From: a virus
Lineage: Duplodnaviria; Caudoviricetes
DNA: 63,541 bases
IMG/VR virus record: IMGVR_UViG_3300032242_000295
Location: 1 to 63,541 of that record
Reading direction: 5' to 3' (one strand)
Shown here: piece after piece, positions 54,664-63,541 of the stretch
Position numbering within the stretch: the first letter of the stretch is position 1
How the letters are laid out: each line of letters starts with the position of its first letter
Notes under the pieces: generated by a model
Seen by the model: only the letters and a program-made list of their open reading frames with translations
The model's database searches: none
Told to the model about the DNA's origin: nothing
Translations under genes and position numbers: made by a program

Positions 54664-56807
54664 CTACGTCCATCCGGTCTGACATCAATACGTGGAGTAC
54701 CCAGCTGCCACTGAGTTCCTAGATTGTTTGATTCAACCCTAAATGCCATCTGCCTGCCCCGCGCCCGTACATACACAATCTGTGTGAACTTTTGCACGTT
54801 GTAGTAGGGGGAGTTAGCGTAATTGTTTGCGCTGGTGACAGTCGGATTGTCTGCGTCACCATAAGCCGAGCCGGGATTTTGCCTAGGCTTAATTGTGAAA
54901 TTAAGGTTGGGGGTGGCGCTTGTTGAGCCATCGAATGTGACGTCAGGAATAACACGCCAAACAAAACCATAGTTATGACCATCTCCGATGTCAAAGTCAG
55001 AAGACTGACAGAAAGCATCAATAGCCGTTGCAGTACTTGTTTCATAGTTGTCTATCCCTGTTTCGTGGTAGACGATAGCGCCGTTTGTGTAACTGACTGG
55101 GTTTCCATTACTGTTGGTGGCTGTATAACTAATAGCCGCAGTGGGTTCTGCGCGAAGAGGGCTATCTAACCAAGCGGTACGTGGGCGAACGGTTGATCCG
55201 TTCATGGTTCCGTAGTACCAAGTGCGCTCCAAATGGTTAAAAATTACGTAACGGTCAATCAATGAATTAGGATTAGCCGCAGTTCCAGAGCCGTTTGACC
55301 CATCCGCATTTGTTCCTGTAATAGATGGATAGAACCACCAGATTTCGTTATAACCTTCGTTAGTTCCAGCATGGATTTGGAACGCTTCAGTCAAGTTAAT
55401 GTTGTCGTAAATGTACTGACGGATGGCACAAGGCAGTGTTTCAACACGACCAGAGTACATATAGAACTTATCTGCCCCCATCCAGTACACAACGTTATTA
55501 GCCACCGCCACGGCGTTGGGGCTAATGATGGATATGTTGTCGCCCAGAATCTGGCTGCCCCAAACATAAGGAGGTCCAAGATACTGGAAAGAATAGATGG
55601 CTGCGTCCGTCCATACAATTATCTCTTGGCGAGTCTGTAGGGCAGCAACAATTGTGGAACCACGGCTCAAGCGAATACCACCAGCCTGATTGGTAACCTG
55701 TGGCAGCCAAGTGCCAAATAAGCTTTGATCCGACCAGCGAACCTGTAATGGATCTTGTGCTGTTGTCGCATATACGCCAGTAGGGTCGTTGCAACCAAAT
55801 GCAAACACAAAACGCGAAGCATCTGAGACTAATACAAAATTAGCCACAGAGGGGCAGGTTGAATCTATATTTACAGTGCCAGAGGTAACGGTTACTGTTC
55901 CGCCAGCGACCATTAACTGCGCTCTGTCGTAGATGTTGGGGCTAGAGTTATTTGCCCAGTAATACATTGCCCCGCCACGGGGGTTAATGATTAAGTCTTG
56001 CCCAAAGTTAGCTTGACTCCAAAGTCGCAACTGAACCCCAATACCCAGACCAGCAGGAGCAGCAATACCCCAACCCGTAGATGAATATCCTGTAGTAACA
56101 CCACCCCAACCACCAGCACCCCAGCCAGTACCATACGTAAAAGTTGTGTTTCCAGTAGTAAGTTGATAATTAAAAGTTGCACTTACCGCAGGCGTCCCAG
56201 AGGAAGAAGCCGTACCTGCCACCAAAATGGTGTATTGGCTAGAGCTTACATAGGTAACGATTTGGAACTCACCAGTTAACTGCGCAGCAGTCACCCCATT
56301 AACGGCACCAGACACACTTGATATAGTTACAAAATCTCCTGCCTGAGCGCCGTGTCCAGCATCAGTAACTGTGATGGTTGTATACCCACCGCTGTTTGTA
56401 GACGTGGCAGTTGTGAAAGCATTTGCCACACCTGTGTGTGTTGTGCGTATTGGCGTTACATCATTAAATGATCCGCCACTTGAGTTTTGTATGTAATACT
56501 TTAGGTTAGTACCAACGCCAAGTAAGTTGTAACCTACTAAATTAAGCCAGTTCCATAAAGACTTAGCCACACCCCAGAAAGATCCTCCACCGGAAACTGT
56601 TGCTGCAGTTGATGTGCCGCCACTTACGAATGTGCTGGTGGGGACGGTAGACACATAGTTACCGCTGTCCCTGACCCAACCACCAATCTTCTCAGGAAAA
56701 CCAGAACGAAACCGCACCTTGTCCGACTCAAACCAACCGCCCTCGTTAGCAAGGGTAGTAGATTCGCGGTTTACACCGGGTCTAAATTGTAGTTTCTGTA
56801 ATGGCAC
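54660..56807 (-). CDS. Tail nozzle / stabilisation protein (P22 gp10 / tubular B-like)
   Basis: LQFRPGVNREST..VRFRSGFPEKIGGW, VRWSDQ, RARGRQMAFRVES..RIDVRPDGRR. Confidence 0.75.
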   Translation of the reverse strand: MPLQKLQFRPGVNRESTTLANEGGWFESDKVRFRSGFPEKIGGWVRDSGNYVSTVPTSTFVSGGTSTAATVSGGGSFWGVAKSLWNWLNLVGYNLLGVGTNLKYYIQNSSGGSFNDVTPIRTTHTGVANAFTTATSTNSGGYTTITVTDAGHGAQAGDFVTISSVSGAVNGVTAAQLTGEFQIVTYVSSSQYTILVAGTASSSGTPAVSATFNYQLTTGNTTFTYGTGWGAGGWGGVTTGYSSTGWGIAAPAGLGIGVQLRLWSQANFGQDLIINPRGGAMYYWANNSSPNIYDRAQLMVAGGTVTVTSGTVNIDSTCPSVANFVLVSDASRFVFAFGCNDPTGVYATTAQDPLQVRWSDQSLFGTWLPQVTNQAGGIRLSRGSTIVAALQTRQEIIVWTDAAIYSFQYLGPPYVWGSQILGDNISIISPNAVAVANNVVYWMGADKFYMYSGRVETLPCAIRQYIYDNINLTEAFQIHAGTNEGYNEIWWFYPSITGTNADGSNGSGTAANPNSLIDRYVIFNHLERTWYYGTMNGSTVRPRTAWLDSPLRAEPTAAISYTATNSNGNPVSYTNGAIVYHETGIDNYETSTATAIDAFCQSSDFDIGDGHNYGFVWRVIPDVTFDGSTSATPNLNFTIKPRQNPGSAYGDADNPTVTSANNYANSPYYNVQKFTQIVYVRARGRQMAFRVESNNLGTQWQLGTPRIDVRPDGRR

Positions 56808-56816
56808 GTTTAAACT

Positions 56817-57269
56817 CTATTTTGTGTGGTATTCGGCTTCAGTCCAGATGCCGGGTTTGTATTTACCTTCTGGTTTATAAATTGTCAACTCTTGCTGACG
56901 CATCTCAGGGGCAAAGCTAATGTGCATCCAGCGTCCATATTCATGGATCATCTGGTCAAACTTAATACCTGCCTTTAAAACAAGTTGACATAACTCGTAA
57001 GGAGTGTGAGCAGAAGAAGAGCAGTCAATAGCCCAGCCGTCCATGTGACTCGAAACCTTAGAGCCGCCGACAGCCACGTTAACGTCAGGCAGACGTAGCC
57101 AAGAATTAACACGAATAGGGCCTGTGACGGCACGGACTTTCTCCAAGTGTTCAGCCGCTGTTTTCATGTTTGCCAGTTGGCGCTCGTCGGGCTGGTTGTT
57201 TATATCCATCCGTATGGCGGTCTCGCTATACGTGGCTTCTTCAAGGTTGAAGTGCTCAGATAGTTGCAT
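56817..57269 (-). CDS. Endolysin, peptidase M15 family
   Basis: MQLSEHFNLEE..NSWLR..VGGSKVSSHMDGWAID..WMHISF (SxHxxxxAxD plus H). Confidence 0.85.
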   Translation of the reverse strand: MQLSEHFNLEEATYSETAIRMDINNQPDERQLANMKTAAEHLEKVRAVTGPIRVNSWLRLPDVNVAVGGSKVSSHMDGWAIDCSSSAHTPYELCQLVLKAGIKFDQMIHEYGRWMHISFAPEMRQQELTIYKPEGKYKPGIWTEAEYHTK

Positions 57270-57286
57270 AAAGTGTAACCTTCCGA

Positions 57287-57748
57287 TTAGTGTTTGTGGC
57301 TTGCGCCAAAGTAGTAAGACAAAACCATAACCAGTGCCCCATCCAGCGTACCCAATACACGGATGATAATCTCGCGCATTTGGTCTGGCACGATATGTGT
57401 CAGCAAGTGATACTGGATTAAGCCCCACGCAATGACGACTACTAACGCCAAGATAGGCGTTACGGATTTATTTAGCAGGGGTGTGTGCTCGCTTGTGGCT
57501 AGGGCAGCCTCGTTCTTGCGGGCAGAATCTCTGTCGGCAGCGTCTAGTTTTGCGTACTCAAGTTCTAACTCGGCTAGTTTTTGAGCCGCTTGAGGATCAC
57601 CAGCAATGGCTTTCGCAACAGACTCAACAGAGTCGGAAACACCAAACTTGCTAGCCAATGCGGACACCGCAGCCCCACCCAGAGGGCCAGCAACAGCAGT
57701 CGCAAGTGTTGGCGCAATACCTTTGAGTAAGTTAAATAAGTCATTCAT
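57287..57748 (-). CDS. Holin (3TM / GTA-type)
   Basis: APTLATAVAGPLGG, DRDSAR, two TM helices, YYFGAS. Confidence 0.75.
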   Translation of the reverse strand: MNDLFNLLKGIAPTLATAVAGPLGGAAVSALASKFGVSDSVESVAKAIAGDPQAAQKLAELELEYAKLDAADRDSARKNEAALATSEHTPLLNKSVTPILALVVVIAWGLIQYHLLTHIVPDQMREIIIRVLGTLDGALVMVLSYYFGASHKH

Positions 57749-57921
57749 TTGTTTTCCTTTAATTCCTGTTTAAGTTTGCGCAACTCTTTGATTTCCTGCT
57801 TAAGCTGCGCCCGCATGTATAGGGTTTCTATGTATGCCGTTGAAGTTACCCCCACAACAATACACAGCGTTACCGCAATTAGAACCCACCCGACAAGGCG
57901 CGCAGTTGCCACATTAGCCAC
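57745..57921 (-). CDS. Small TM plus coiled-coil protein, 58 aa (absent from ORF track)
   Basis: GTG start; VGWVLIAVTLCIVVGV then LKQEIKELRKLKQELKENK; stop overlaps the holin start. Confidence 0.55.
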   Translation of the reverse strand: MANVATARLVGWVLIAVTLCIVVGVTSTAYIETLYMRAQLKQEIKELRKLKQELKENK

Positions 57922-58592
57922 CCAAAAAATAATGATATGAACATCACGGCAATTACTCCACTTGTTACTTCAATACACCAAATTTCTTCTTGTTCCCTCT
58001 TCCACCTAGCCATTCTGGCTCTGCGAAGTGTTTCTGACCTAGCCCACTCCTGCTCCTGCTCAATCTTCTTGTACATCTTCAAGAACCGGCTATACAAATC
58101 CTTCAACTCTGCTGGCGCGTAGACCATAGCCTCTCGCACCTGCTCCATCAATTTTTCCAACTGCAACTCAATCAGCGCCCTCTCTATGGCTTTTTTGCTG
58201 GTGTTTTGCTCTGGGTTGTAGTTGGTCTTGCTCTCCTCTTCTAACTCAAGGTAGTGATTGGTGATTTGTTGTTGGGTGTCAAAGAGAAGCCCAAGGTTTT
58301 CACCAATGTCTTTGATGAGTTTGAGTTCAAGTTCTTCGTAGGACTGCTGTTTGGCTTTCTTTTGCGCCACAGACTTGGGCGGCACTGTATACTTATTTTC
58401 GGGCACTGTATACTTAAAAAGCCCAATGAACCAGTCCCAGACTCCTCTAATGGCTTTGACGTCGTCGAGGACACCCTCGACTGTTGACTTTGCGTTCTCG
58501 AGCTCCATGCGTCCTTCGTGGAGCATGTCGCATCCTGCCTTGATAAAGCCAACGGCTGCCTGAGCCGCCATAAGGAGAGAAAATGGGTCCAC
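57879..58592 (-). CDS. Coiled-coil protein with C-terminal TM helix
   Basis: MDPFSLLMAAQAAVGFIKAGC N-terminus; directly upstream of the lysis genes. Confidence 0.65.
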   Translation of the reverse strand: MDPFSLLMAAQAAVGFIKAGCDMLHEGRMELENAKSTVEGVLDDVKAIRGVWDWFIGLFKYTVPENKYTVPPKSVAQKKAKQQSYEELELKLIKDIGENLGLLFDTQQQITNHYLELEEESKTNYNPEQNTSKKAIERALIELQLEKLMEQVREAMVYAPAELKDLYSRFLKMYKKIEQEQEWARSETLRRARMARWKREQEEIWCIEVTSGVIAVMFISLFFGWLMWQLRALSGGF

Positions 58593-58595
58593 ATC

Positions 58596-59597
58596 TTAGG
58601 CAGTGCGATTCCACATATACACAACGATATATGGCTGGAGGTTTGCGCCAGTCGCGCTTGACCCTGTGGTATCGGTTGTACCAGACAGATTGTGAGTGTG
58701 CGTCAAATCTTGGTTGTTATTACCAACATATGTGCCATAGTCTGCATTTCCGAGAGAAAACGGATTAGAGGCGTTGCCACCGTTATTCTGTCCACCGTCC
58801 GCAACATAGTGGTATCCGTTTGAACCCAAGATATTGTGGTTGTGCGTTAAGGATGAATTGTTATTACCAGTAGTGGCGCTGAATGTGTGCGTATGGCTTA
58901 CAACAATTGCGTTTGCTGAACCGCCAGTGGCTCCTGCGGTATACGTAGAGTCATCCGCACTAAGCAAAACCCTTCCTTGCCCGAATCTCACCCATGTTCC
59001 AAAACCAAACAATGTGGCTGGGCTGGTAACAACCGTGCTGGTATATATTGCGCCAACAGGATAGGCTGCTGCAATAGCAGAAGTTACAAAAGCGGTAGTG
59101 GCAATCTGGGTTGTACTTGTGCCAGCAGATGCAGTTGGAGCAACAGGTGTTCCTGTTAATGTAGGAGAAGAAAACGTAGGAGATGCCATGTAGTTAGTAG
59201 CCACTACCACATCTGTGCCGTTAGATACTAGAACTACCTTAGCGCCGTTGGGGACAGAGACTCCTGTTTGCCCGCTGACTTTGACCGTGACTGCATAGCC
59301 ACCAGAGGTGTTGTTGTAGATGAAATAGAGCTTGCGGTTAGACGGGACGATCAGGTTACGCGCAGCGGACAGTGAGCCTGTGCACTCAATGAACATGTTC
59401 CTAGCAACGCCCGTCGCACCGTTGGGGATAGTGATAACCGTGTCGGCCCCGTCAGTGATGGCTTGGGTTACATAACCAGAGACGGCTTGCTCGATCAGTG
59501 TGCCAAGGTTGACGTTGGTAGTCGCGCCCCAGTTACCAGCCTGATCGCCAGTGCCCATCAGCTCTAAGGCTAGGTTGGTTGAATATGTACTTGACAT
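58596..59597 (-). CDS. Tail fibre / collar-domain protein
   Basis: GDQAGNWGATTNVNL N-terminus, TQIATTAFV repeat, YPVGAIYTS..FGTW..HTH..NLQPYIVVYMWNRTA. Confidence 0.8.
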   Translation of the reverse strand: MSSTYSTNLALELMGTGDQAGNWGATTNVNLGTLIEQAVSGYVTQAITDGADTVITIPNGATGVARNMFIECTGSLSAARNLIVPSNRKLYFIYNNTSGGYAVTVKVSGQTGVSVPNGAKVVLVSNGTDVVVATNYMASPTFSSPTLTGTPVAPTASAGTSTTQIATTAFVTSAIAAAYPVGAIYTSTVVTSPATLFGFGTWVRFGQGRVLLSADDSTYTAGATGGSANAIVVSHTHTFSATTGNNNSSLTHNHNILGSNGYHYVADGGQNNGGNASNPFSLGNADYGTYVGNNNQDLTHTHNLSGTTDTTGSSATGANLQPYIVVYMWNRTA

Positions 59598-59603
59598 AGT
59601 GGT

Positions 59604-59900
59604 TTATCCTTTAGGGTATTTTGCCTTAACCGCTTGGCAGTCGGCAATGTATTTGTCAATCTGTGCTTGGTCGCTCTTGACCACACCGTCTAAGTAGTCG
59701 ATGAAAGATGGGTACTCAGCCGCGCGTTTGCGCTGATACTCATTAGCATCATATTCTGCTTGTAAACGAATTATTTCTGCTTGGATTTCTTCTTCAGTCG
59801 GTTGTGTTTGAATGGTGTCAACCCACTCCAATTCATCGCCACGCAAAGTCCATTGGGCTTTTGGTCTTAAAGAAAACAAGGCTTCTACTTTTCCAATCAT
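59604..59900 (-). CDS. Tail fibre assembly chaperone (XkdW-like)
   Basis: YQRKRAAEYPSF..VKAKYPK. Confidence 0.65.
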   Translation of the reverse strand: MIGKVEALFSLRPKAQWTLRGDELEWVDTIQTQPTEEEIQAEIIRLQAEYDANEYQRKRAAEYPSFIDYLDGVVKSDQAQIDKYIADCQAVKAKYPKG

Positions 59901-60427
59901 GCCGCAATCTCCATTAAAAATATTTGACTTTCGCCTGAATTGCTATCTCTTTGAACTGCAACACCAGTACCATCCGATAACGGTTCTGCTTGAAATTGCA
60001 TTTTGTAAGTTGTAGGGCTTGTGGTCGCTGGCGAATCTAGTTTTGAATACAACAGACCGCCATTTCTAAATTCAAGAGATGTATTGGGCCAATTTTGTCC
60101 AAGTGCTTCAATTCCTAAAACAGTTGAACCTCTTAGTAACTTAAAACCAATTCTGTTAAAAGTGTTTCCACTCCCCCTCCATACTCCGCAAATATTAACC
60201 AATACCATTATTTTGCTTGTTGAAGATGTTGGTGTAATGGTTGCAGTAATTCCCGTATCTATATATGTGGAGTTAACATTTGTTACTACTGCTGCTGATG
60301 TAAAACCATTTACCACCTGCAACACAGACCCCGTAGGCAACGTAGCCTTTGGAATGTTTTGAGTTCCTGTAAGGGATGCGCCCGATACAGATGCTATTAG
60401 CCCAGAGGCTACTTGCGTTAAAGCCAT
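59897..60427 (-). CDS. Short tail fibre / receptor-binding protein
   Basis: GSVLQVV..ATITPTSSTSKI..LDSPATTS..LMEIAA; paralog of 62941..63501. Confidence 0.7.
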   Translation of the reverse strand: MALTQVASGLIASVSGASLTGTQNIPKATLPTGSVLQVVNGFTSAAVVTNVNSTYIDTGITATITPTSSTSKIMVLVNICGVWRGSGNTFNRIGFKLLRGSTVLGIEALGQNWPNTSLEFRNGGLLYSKLDSPATTSPTTYKMQFQAEPLSDGTGVAVQRDSNSGESQIFLMEIAA

Positions 60428-60576
60428 TATTGGTTCTCCTCTGCGGGTTCTGGTGTGTTGCCAGCCTCAAGCCAGCGAAGGTATTCTTGGTAGTCGGTGT
60501 TGTCTGGGTCAAATGGAATAAATGCGGTGTCTGACAAACGCTGAACTTGGTTTGAATTTTTTGTTAATTTGTACAT
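60427..60576 (-). CDS. Tail fibre assembly chaperone-like, 49 aa (absent from ORF track)
   Basis: [49 protein letters not shown]. Confidence 0.7.
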   Translation of the reverse strand: MYKLTKNSNQVQRLSDTAFIPFDPDNTDYQEYLRWLEAGNTPEPAEENQ

Positions 60577-60578
60577 TT

Positions 60579-61610
60579 CTATAACTCCGCTGATGCTGTC
60601 CAACCGCCCGAATCGGAGGTTACGTTGTATGCCTGATATTGGGAAGCCGCTCTACTTGCACTTCCGCCAATAGTAGTTGTAGAACCACTTGCACCTCCTT
60701 GTGCAATCCCCGCCTGTACCCCTTGAAATGTAACTGTTCCACTAACTGTAATTGTTGGTGACGCTCGTTTAGTTACTTTATATGGGGCTACCCAAGCCAC
60801 ATTTGACCCGTTAGTGTTAGCCCCGACTGCTGACCAAACATCATATTCATAATATCTCTGACACAAAGCCAACTCCGTACCGTACTGGCGGTACTCAAAT
60901 GGGGATGCTGTTGTCCCTGCTTCTAGTTGCACACCTGTGACATACCATGTGGCTCCGCTAGTTCCGACTACGCTGACTGCGCCTGTCGCTGATTGATAGT
61001 TACCAGCCGCCCATGCTCCAGCAGTGCCACTTTGTGTTGTACCCATGCCCATGCTAAAAATAACATTGACACCGATGCCGTTTGTTGTAAGCCAAGTACC
61101 AGTGGTGTCTCCAACGATTGAAACGCTAATTTGCGTCCAAGTATTTGCTGAACTAATTGTGTAAGTAAATGGGTATGAGCGGTCATACGATGAATTAGTA
61201 AACGAACCGCCAAATGTGCCTGTCAAAGAACTACGCACCCAGAATGACAAGGTAACTGGAGATGCGCCAGCCGCGCCCCAGCCCAAATCTGCTACGTTAT
61301 AACCTTCTATTGGCTGTAGAACTTTAAAGTTGTCGCCAGAAAGTACGGTGTATGCGGAAGATGAAGTTATACCTAGATAGTATTTGTAACCAGTGGGTGG
61401 AGTTACAGAGCCAGCGTTTTGCTGTGCTGTAAATTTACTTGCCTGTTGACCGTAGATATTCCATCTGTCTGTTACATAAAGATTAGAAGTGGTGTTGGTT
61501 ACGCTTGCCCCTGCGTTCCTTTGGTCTATGACCATAGCGCCATTGATGATGCGGTTTCGCATCGTTACGTTGTTTGAGCCGCCTTGGGCAATGTTTACTG
61601 CGAGGGTCAT
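60579..61610 (-). CDS. Tail fibre protein with carbohydrate-binding-like domain
   Basis: [38 protein letters not shown]. Confidence 0.8.
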   Translation of the reverse strand: MTLAVNIAQGGSNNVTMRNRIINGAMVIDQRNAGASVTNTTSNLYVTDRWNIYGQQASKFTAQQNAGSVTPPTGYKYYLGITSSSAYTVLSGDNFKVLQPIEGYNVADLGWGAAGASPVTLSFWVRSSLTGTFGGSFTNSSYDRSYPFTYTISSANTWTQISVSIVGDTTGTWLTTNGIGVNVIFSMGMGTTQSGTAGAWAAGNYQSATGAVSVVGTSGATWYVTGVQLEAGTTASPFEYRQYGTELALCQRYYEYDVWSAVGANTNGSNVAWVAPYKVTKRASPTITVSGTVTFQGVQAGIAQGGASGSTTTIGGSASRAASQYQAYNVTSDSGGWTASAEL

Positions 61611-61613
61611 GTT

Positions 61614-62687
61614 TTATCCTACTAAAAAGCCAGAGAATCTACTCCACTCTGAACCGTTGTAAATAGACATAGTCTGCCCACTATTGTTGTAAACAGCAAC
61701 TCCGTCACCAGCATTAAGGGCTAAAGACGCAGAACCACTAACAGAAGAATAACCAGAAGTGCCAGTAGCGTTTGCAGTGTAGGCTGTTCGTCCAAAATTG
61801 TATGTAAGTCCGCTTAACCCATTAACCCCTAAAGTAACAGTCATTGATGTAGAAGCCGCTAAAGACTGAAATAGAATTGTTGTTTGAAAACAATAAAAAC
61901 CAGATACAGGTGCTGTAAAAATACCTGTAGAAGTGCTGTAGTTACTGCCAATATTTGTAGTAGCAGTGCCAAAAATAATAATAGAACTATTTGCCAAAGA
62001 CGAACCATTACTTACCGAATTCACATTAAAAGCTGGACGCAGTGGTGTCAGTGGTCTGCCAGACGCATCCAAAGTGAGTGCTGTAGTTCCGTTGTTGGTC
62101 TGTAATGTCAATGCAGTAGCCGCAGGACTGGTAATCGTAGATACAGTTTCTGTACCAGTAACCACCAAATTACCGCTAATAGTCCCGCCTGTTGTTGGCA
62201 AAGCATTCAACACCGAACTTACATAGAAGCTGATTGTGGTGATGGTGTCACCTGCTGTTGCCGCGTTGGTCAAAACTACCGTTGTGCCTGTTGTGGCTGT
62301 GTAGTCTGCATTAGGCAGGTATACGCCGTTCCTAAATACTTCTAGATATCCCACTGTGTATGAGGGGATAGTGAATGTTGTCTGTCCTGCTGTAGCAGTT
62401 GTATCAGTGACTGTGCGATAGGCTGTAGTCGTTACTCCGCTGGCTGGGATGCCAAGGTATCTGACGCTGATGTTGCTTGTACCCGTTGGAGGCGCGGCAG
62501 AGAAGGTCAAAGTCGTACCGCTTACCGAGTACGTGCTCGGATCTTGCAAAACGCCTGTGATAGCAACAATACATGAAGACGTGTTGGCAGGAGCCACCGT
62601 CATGGTGAACGCTGTTTGTGAGCCTGTTCCTGAGAACGTGTCAGTCAGGAAGGCTGCTGAGATTGGGGCGTTGCCTATGTAACTCAT
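61614..62687 (-). CDS. Tail fibre protein with C-terminal C1q-like domain
   Basis: MSYIGN N-terminal module; PAF..FTAPVSGFYCF..LNAGD..FSGFLVG. Confidence 0.75.
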   Translation of the reverse strand: MSYIGNAPISAAFLTDTFSGTGSQTAFTMTVAPANTSSCIVAITGVLQDPSTYSVSGTTLTFSAAPPTGTSNISVRYLGIPASGVTTTAYRTVTDTTATAGQTTFTIPSYTVGYLEVFRNGVYLPNADYTATTGTTVVLTNAATAGDTITTISFYVSSVLNALPTTGGTISGNLVVTGTETVSTITSPAATALTLQTNNGTTALTLDASGRPLTPLRPAFNVNSVSNGSSLANSSIIIFGTATTNIGSNYSTSTGIFTAPVSGFYCFQTTILFQSLAASTSMTVTLGVNGLSGLTYNFGRTAYTANATGTSGYSSVSGSASLALNAGDGVAVYNNSGQTMSIYNGSEWSRFSGFLVG

Positions 62688-62944
62688 GGCTTGGGATACT
62701 CCTGTTTCACCGCATCAATAGCGGCTTTCCATGCGTCTAGTCCACCGTGGTACAGCAGGTCAAACTGGTCAGCAAAAGATGGATAGGCTCTGGCTCTTTG
62801 TTTTTTGTATGCGTTTGGGTCAACCCATGCATTGATGGAATCTAAGTCGATTTCAACTTTACTGCCTTCTGCGTCAAACGCACCAGCACCGTCATCAATG
62901 ATGACAACATTCGGATATAGAACGCGAATAGCTTCGTGATTCAT
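62684..62944 (-). CDS. Tail fibre assembly chaperone (XkdW-like)
   Basis: YKKQRARAYPSFADQFD..VKQEYPKP; paralog of 59604..59900. Confidence 0.65.
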   Translation of the reverse strand: MNHEAIRVLYPNVVIIDDGAGAFDAEGSKVEIDLDSINAWVDPNAYKKQRARAYPSFADQFDLLYHGGLDAWKAAIDAVKQEYPKP

Positions 62945-63501
62945 CCTGCAATCTCCATCAAAGTAACTGATGAAACTGAACGTGGTACATAAACCGCATC
63001 GGTATCTTGATTAACAGCATTGACATAGATAGTGTAAGTACTACCCCCACCATTCCAAAGCCGAACCGAATAAGAAGTTGATGATGTTGTGGCTGGTGAA
63101 TCTAAATAGTTCATGGACACAGGCACTAATTCTTGAATTGATGATACGTATGCTGCTGAAGTAAGGCTAGTTCTAGGGGCGGTTCCTGAGGCATCTCCAG
63201 AAGCAATTTTAGTTCCCGCCCTATAAAGAGCAAAACCAACACCAACACCTGACCCACTACCTGAAGAATTTAAATTTAAAGTAACCGAAACTAAAATTTT
63301 GCTACTTGATGATGTTGGTGTTATTGTGGCAATTAAACCTGTAACATCAGTTCCAGAAATTGAATTTGCAGATTGCGCTTGTGACCAAGTATCTGTTTTT
63401 GTAGCACTAACCACTTGCAACACAGCACCCGTACCAAGTTTGGACGTACTAATAGCCGCAGATGCTGAGATGCCAGAGTTGTCTATTGTTGATACTGCCA
63501 T
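62941..63501 (-). CDS. Short tail fibre / receptor-binding protein
   Basis: GAVLQVV..LDSPATTS..LMEIAG; start overlaps the stop of 83..1498 across the circular junction. Confidence 0.7.
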   Translation of the reverse strand: MAVSTIDNSGISASAAISTSKLGTGAVLQVVSATKTDTWSQAQSANSISGTDVTGLIATITPTSSSSKILVSVTLNLNSSGSGSGVGVGFALYRAGTKIASGDASGTAPRTSLTSAAYVSSIQELVPVSMNYLDSPATTSSTSYSVRLWNGGGSTYTIYVNAVNQDTDAVYVPRSVSSVTLMEIAG

Positions 63502-63541
63502 TATTTGTTCTCCAGCGCTTCAATCCGAGCGGTTAGTGCGT
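63419..63541. repeat. Terminal direct repeat (assembly circular overlap), copy 2
   Basis: Identical to 1-123. Confidence 0.95.

Noticed and set aside
5170-56815. TTTAAAC as -1 ribosomal frameshift slippery sites
   Set aside because: Many copies are intergenic or in unsuitable frames, and the 5' G completing the palindrome is strongly preferred, which points to a double-stranded DNA signal.
5170-56815. GTTTAAAC (PmeI site) as a cloning or adapter artefact
   Set aside because: Sites sit in frame within intact genes such as MCP, portal and terL, with no flanking vector sequence.
58596-63501. Diversity-generating retroelement or invertible tail-fibre switch
   Set aside because: No reverse transcriptase or invertase, and no near-identical TR/VR or inverted repeat pair was seen; the paralogs are diverged throughout.
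1-63541. tRNA genes, integrase/att site, alternative genetic code
   Set aside because: I noticed no cloverleaf with a T-loop consensus and no recombinase motifs; long ORFs are intact under the standard code, with all three stop codons used.

Overview
The window is a complete, circularly assembled genome of an uncultured tailed phage. Bases 1-123 are identical to 63419-63541, giving a unit length of about 63.4 kb. It is probably podovirus-like, and its sigma70 promoters and CTGT-N8-ACAG boxes suggest a beta- or gamma-proteobacterial host. A long minus-strand arm carries TerS/TerL, portal, GroES, scaffold, a Mu gpT-like major capsid protein, head-tail and nozzle proteins, about ten small basic proteins, several tail fibre/chaperone pairs, lysis genes, ejection proteins and a 3162-aa polyvalent protein. 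A plus-strand early arm carries a SprT-like protease, a MoxR/CobS AAA+ with its VWA partner and many small ORFs. A replication/recombination block carries a T7 gp4/Twinkle-like primase-helicase, RusA, a PD-(D/E)XK exonuclease, Sak and an SSB-like protein. I recognise no DNA polymerase, RNA polymerase, integrase, tRNA or CRISPR array. The strongest unexplained signals are: (1) about 49 copies of the palindrome GTTTAAAC where about 1 is expected, clustered upstream of a LexA-like DNA-binding gene; (2) a shared C-terminal peptide tag plus recurrent hydrophobic-x-x-GG motifs on many unrelated small proteins, one of them beta-barrel-like, suggesting a capsid cargo loading and processing code; (3) an array of DnaA boxes and SOS boxes ahead of the early promoter, inside about 8 kb purged of common restriction palindromes; (4) two structured RNAs; (5) a modular polyvalent protein whose domains are delimited by K/R-x-S-L-R/K linkers. 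All counts are manual and all family assignments come from motif recognition, not database searches.
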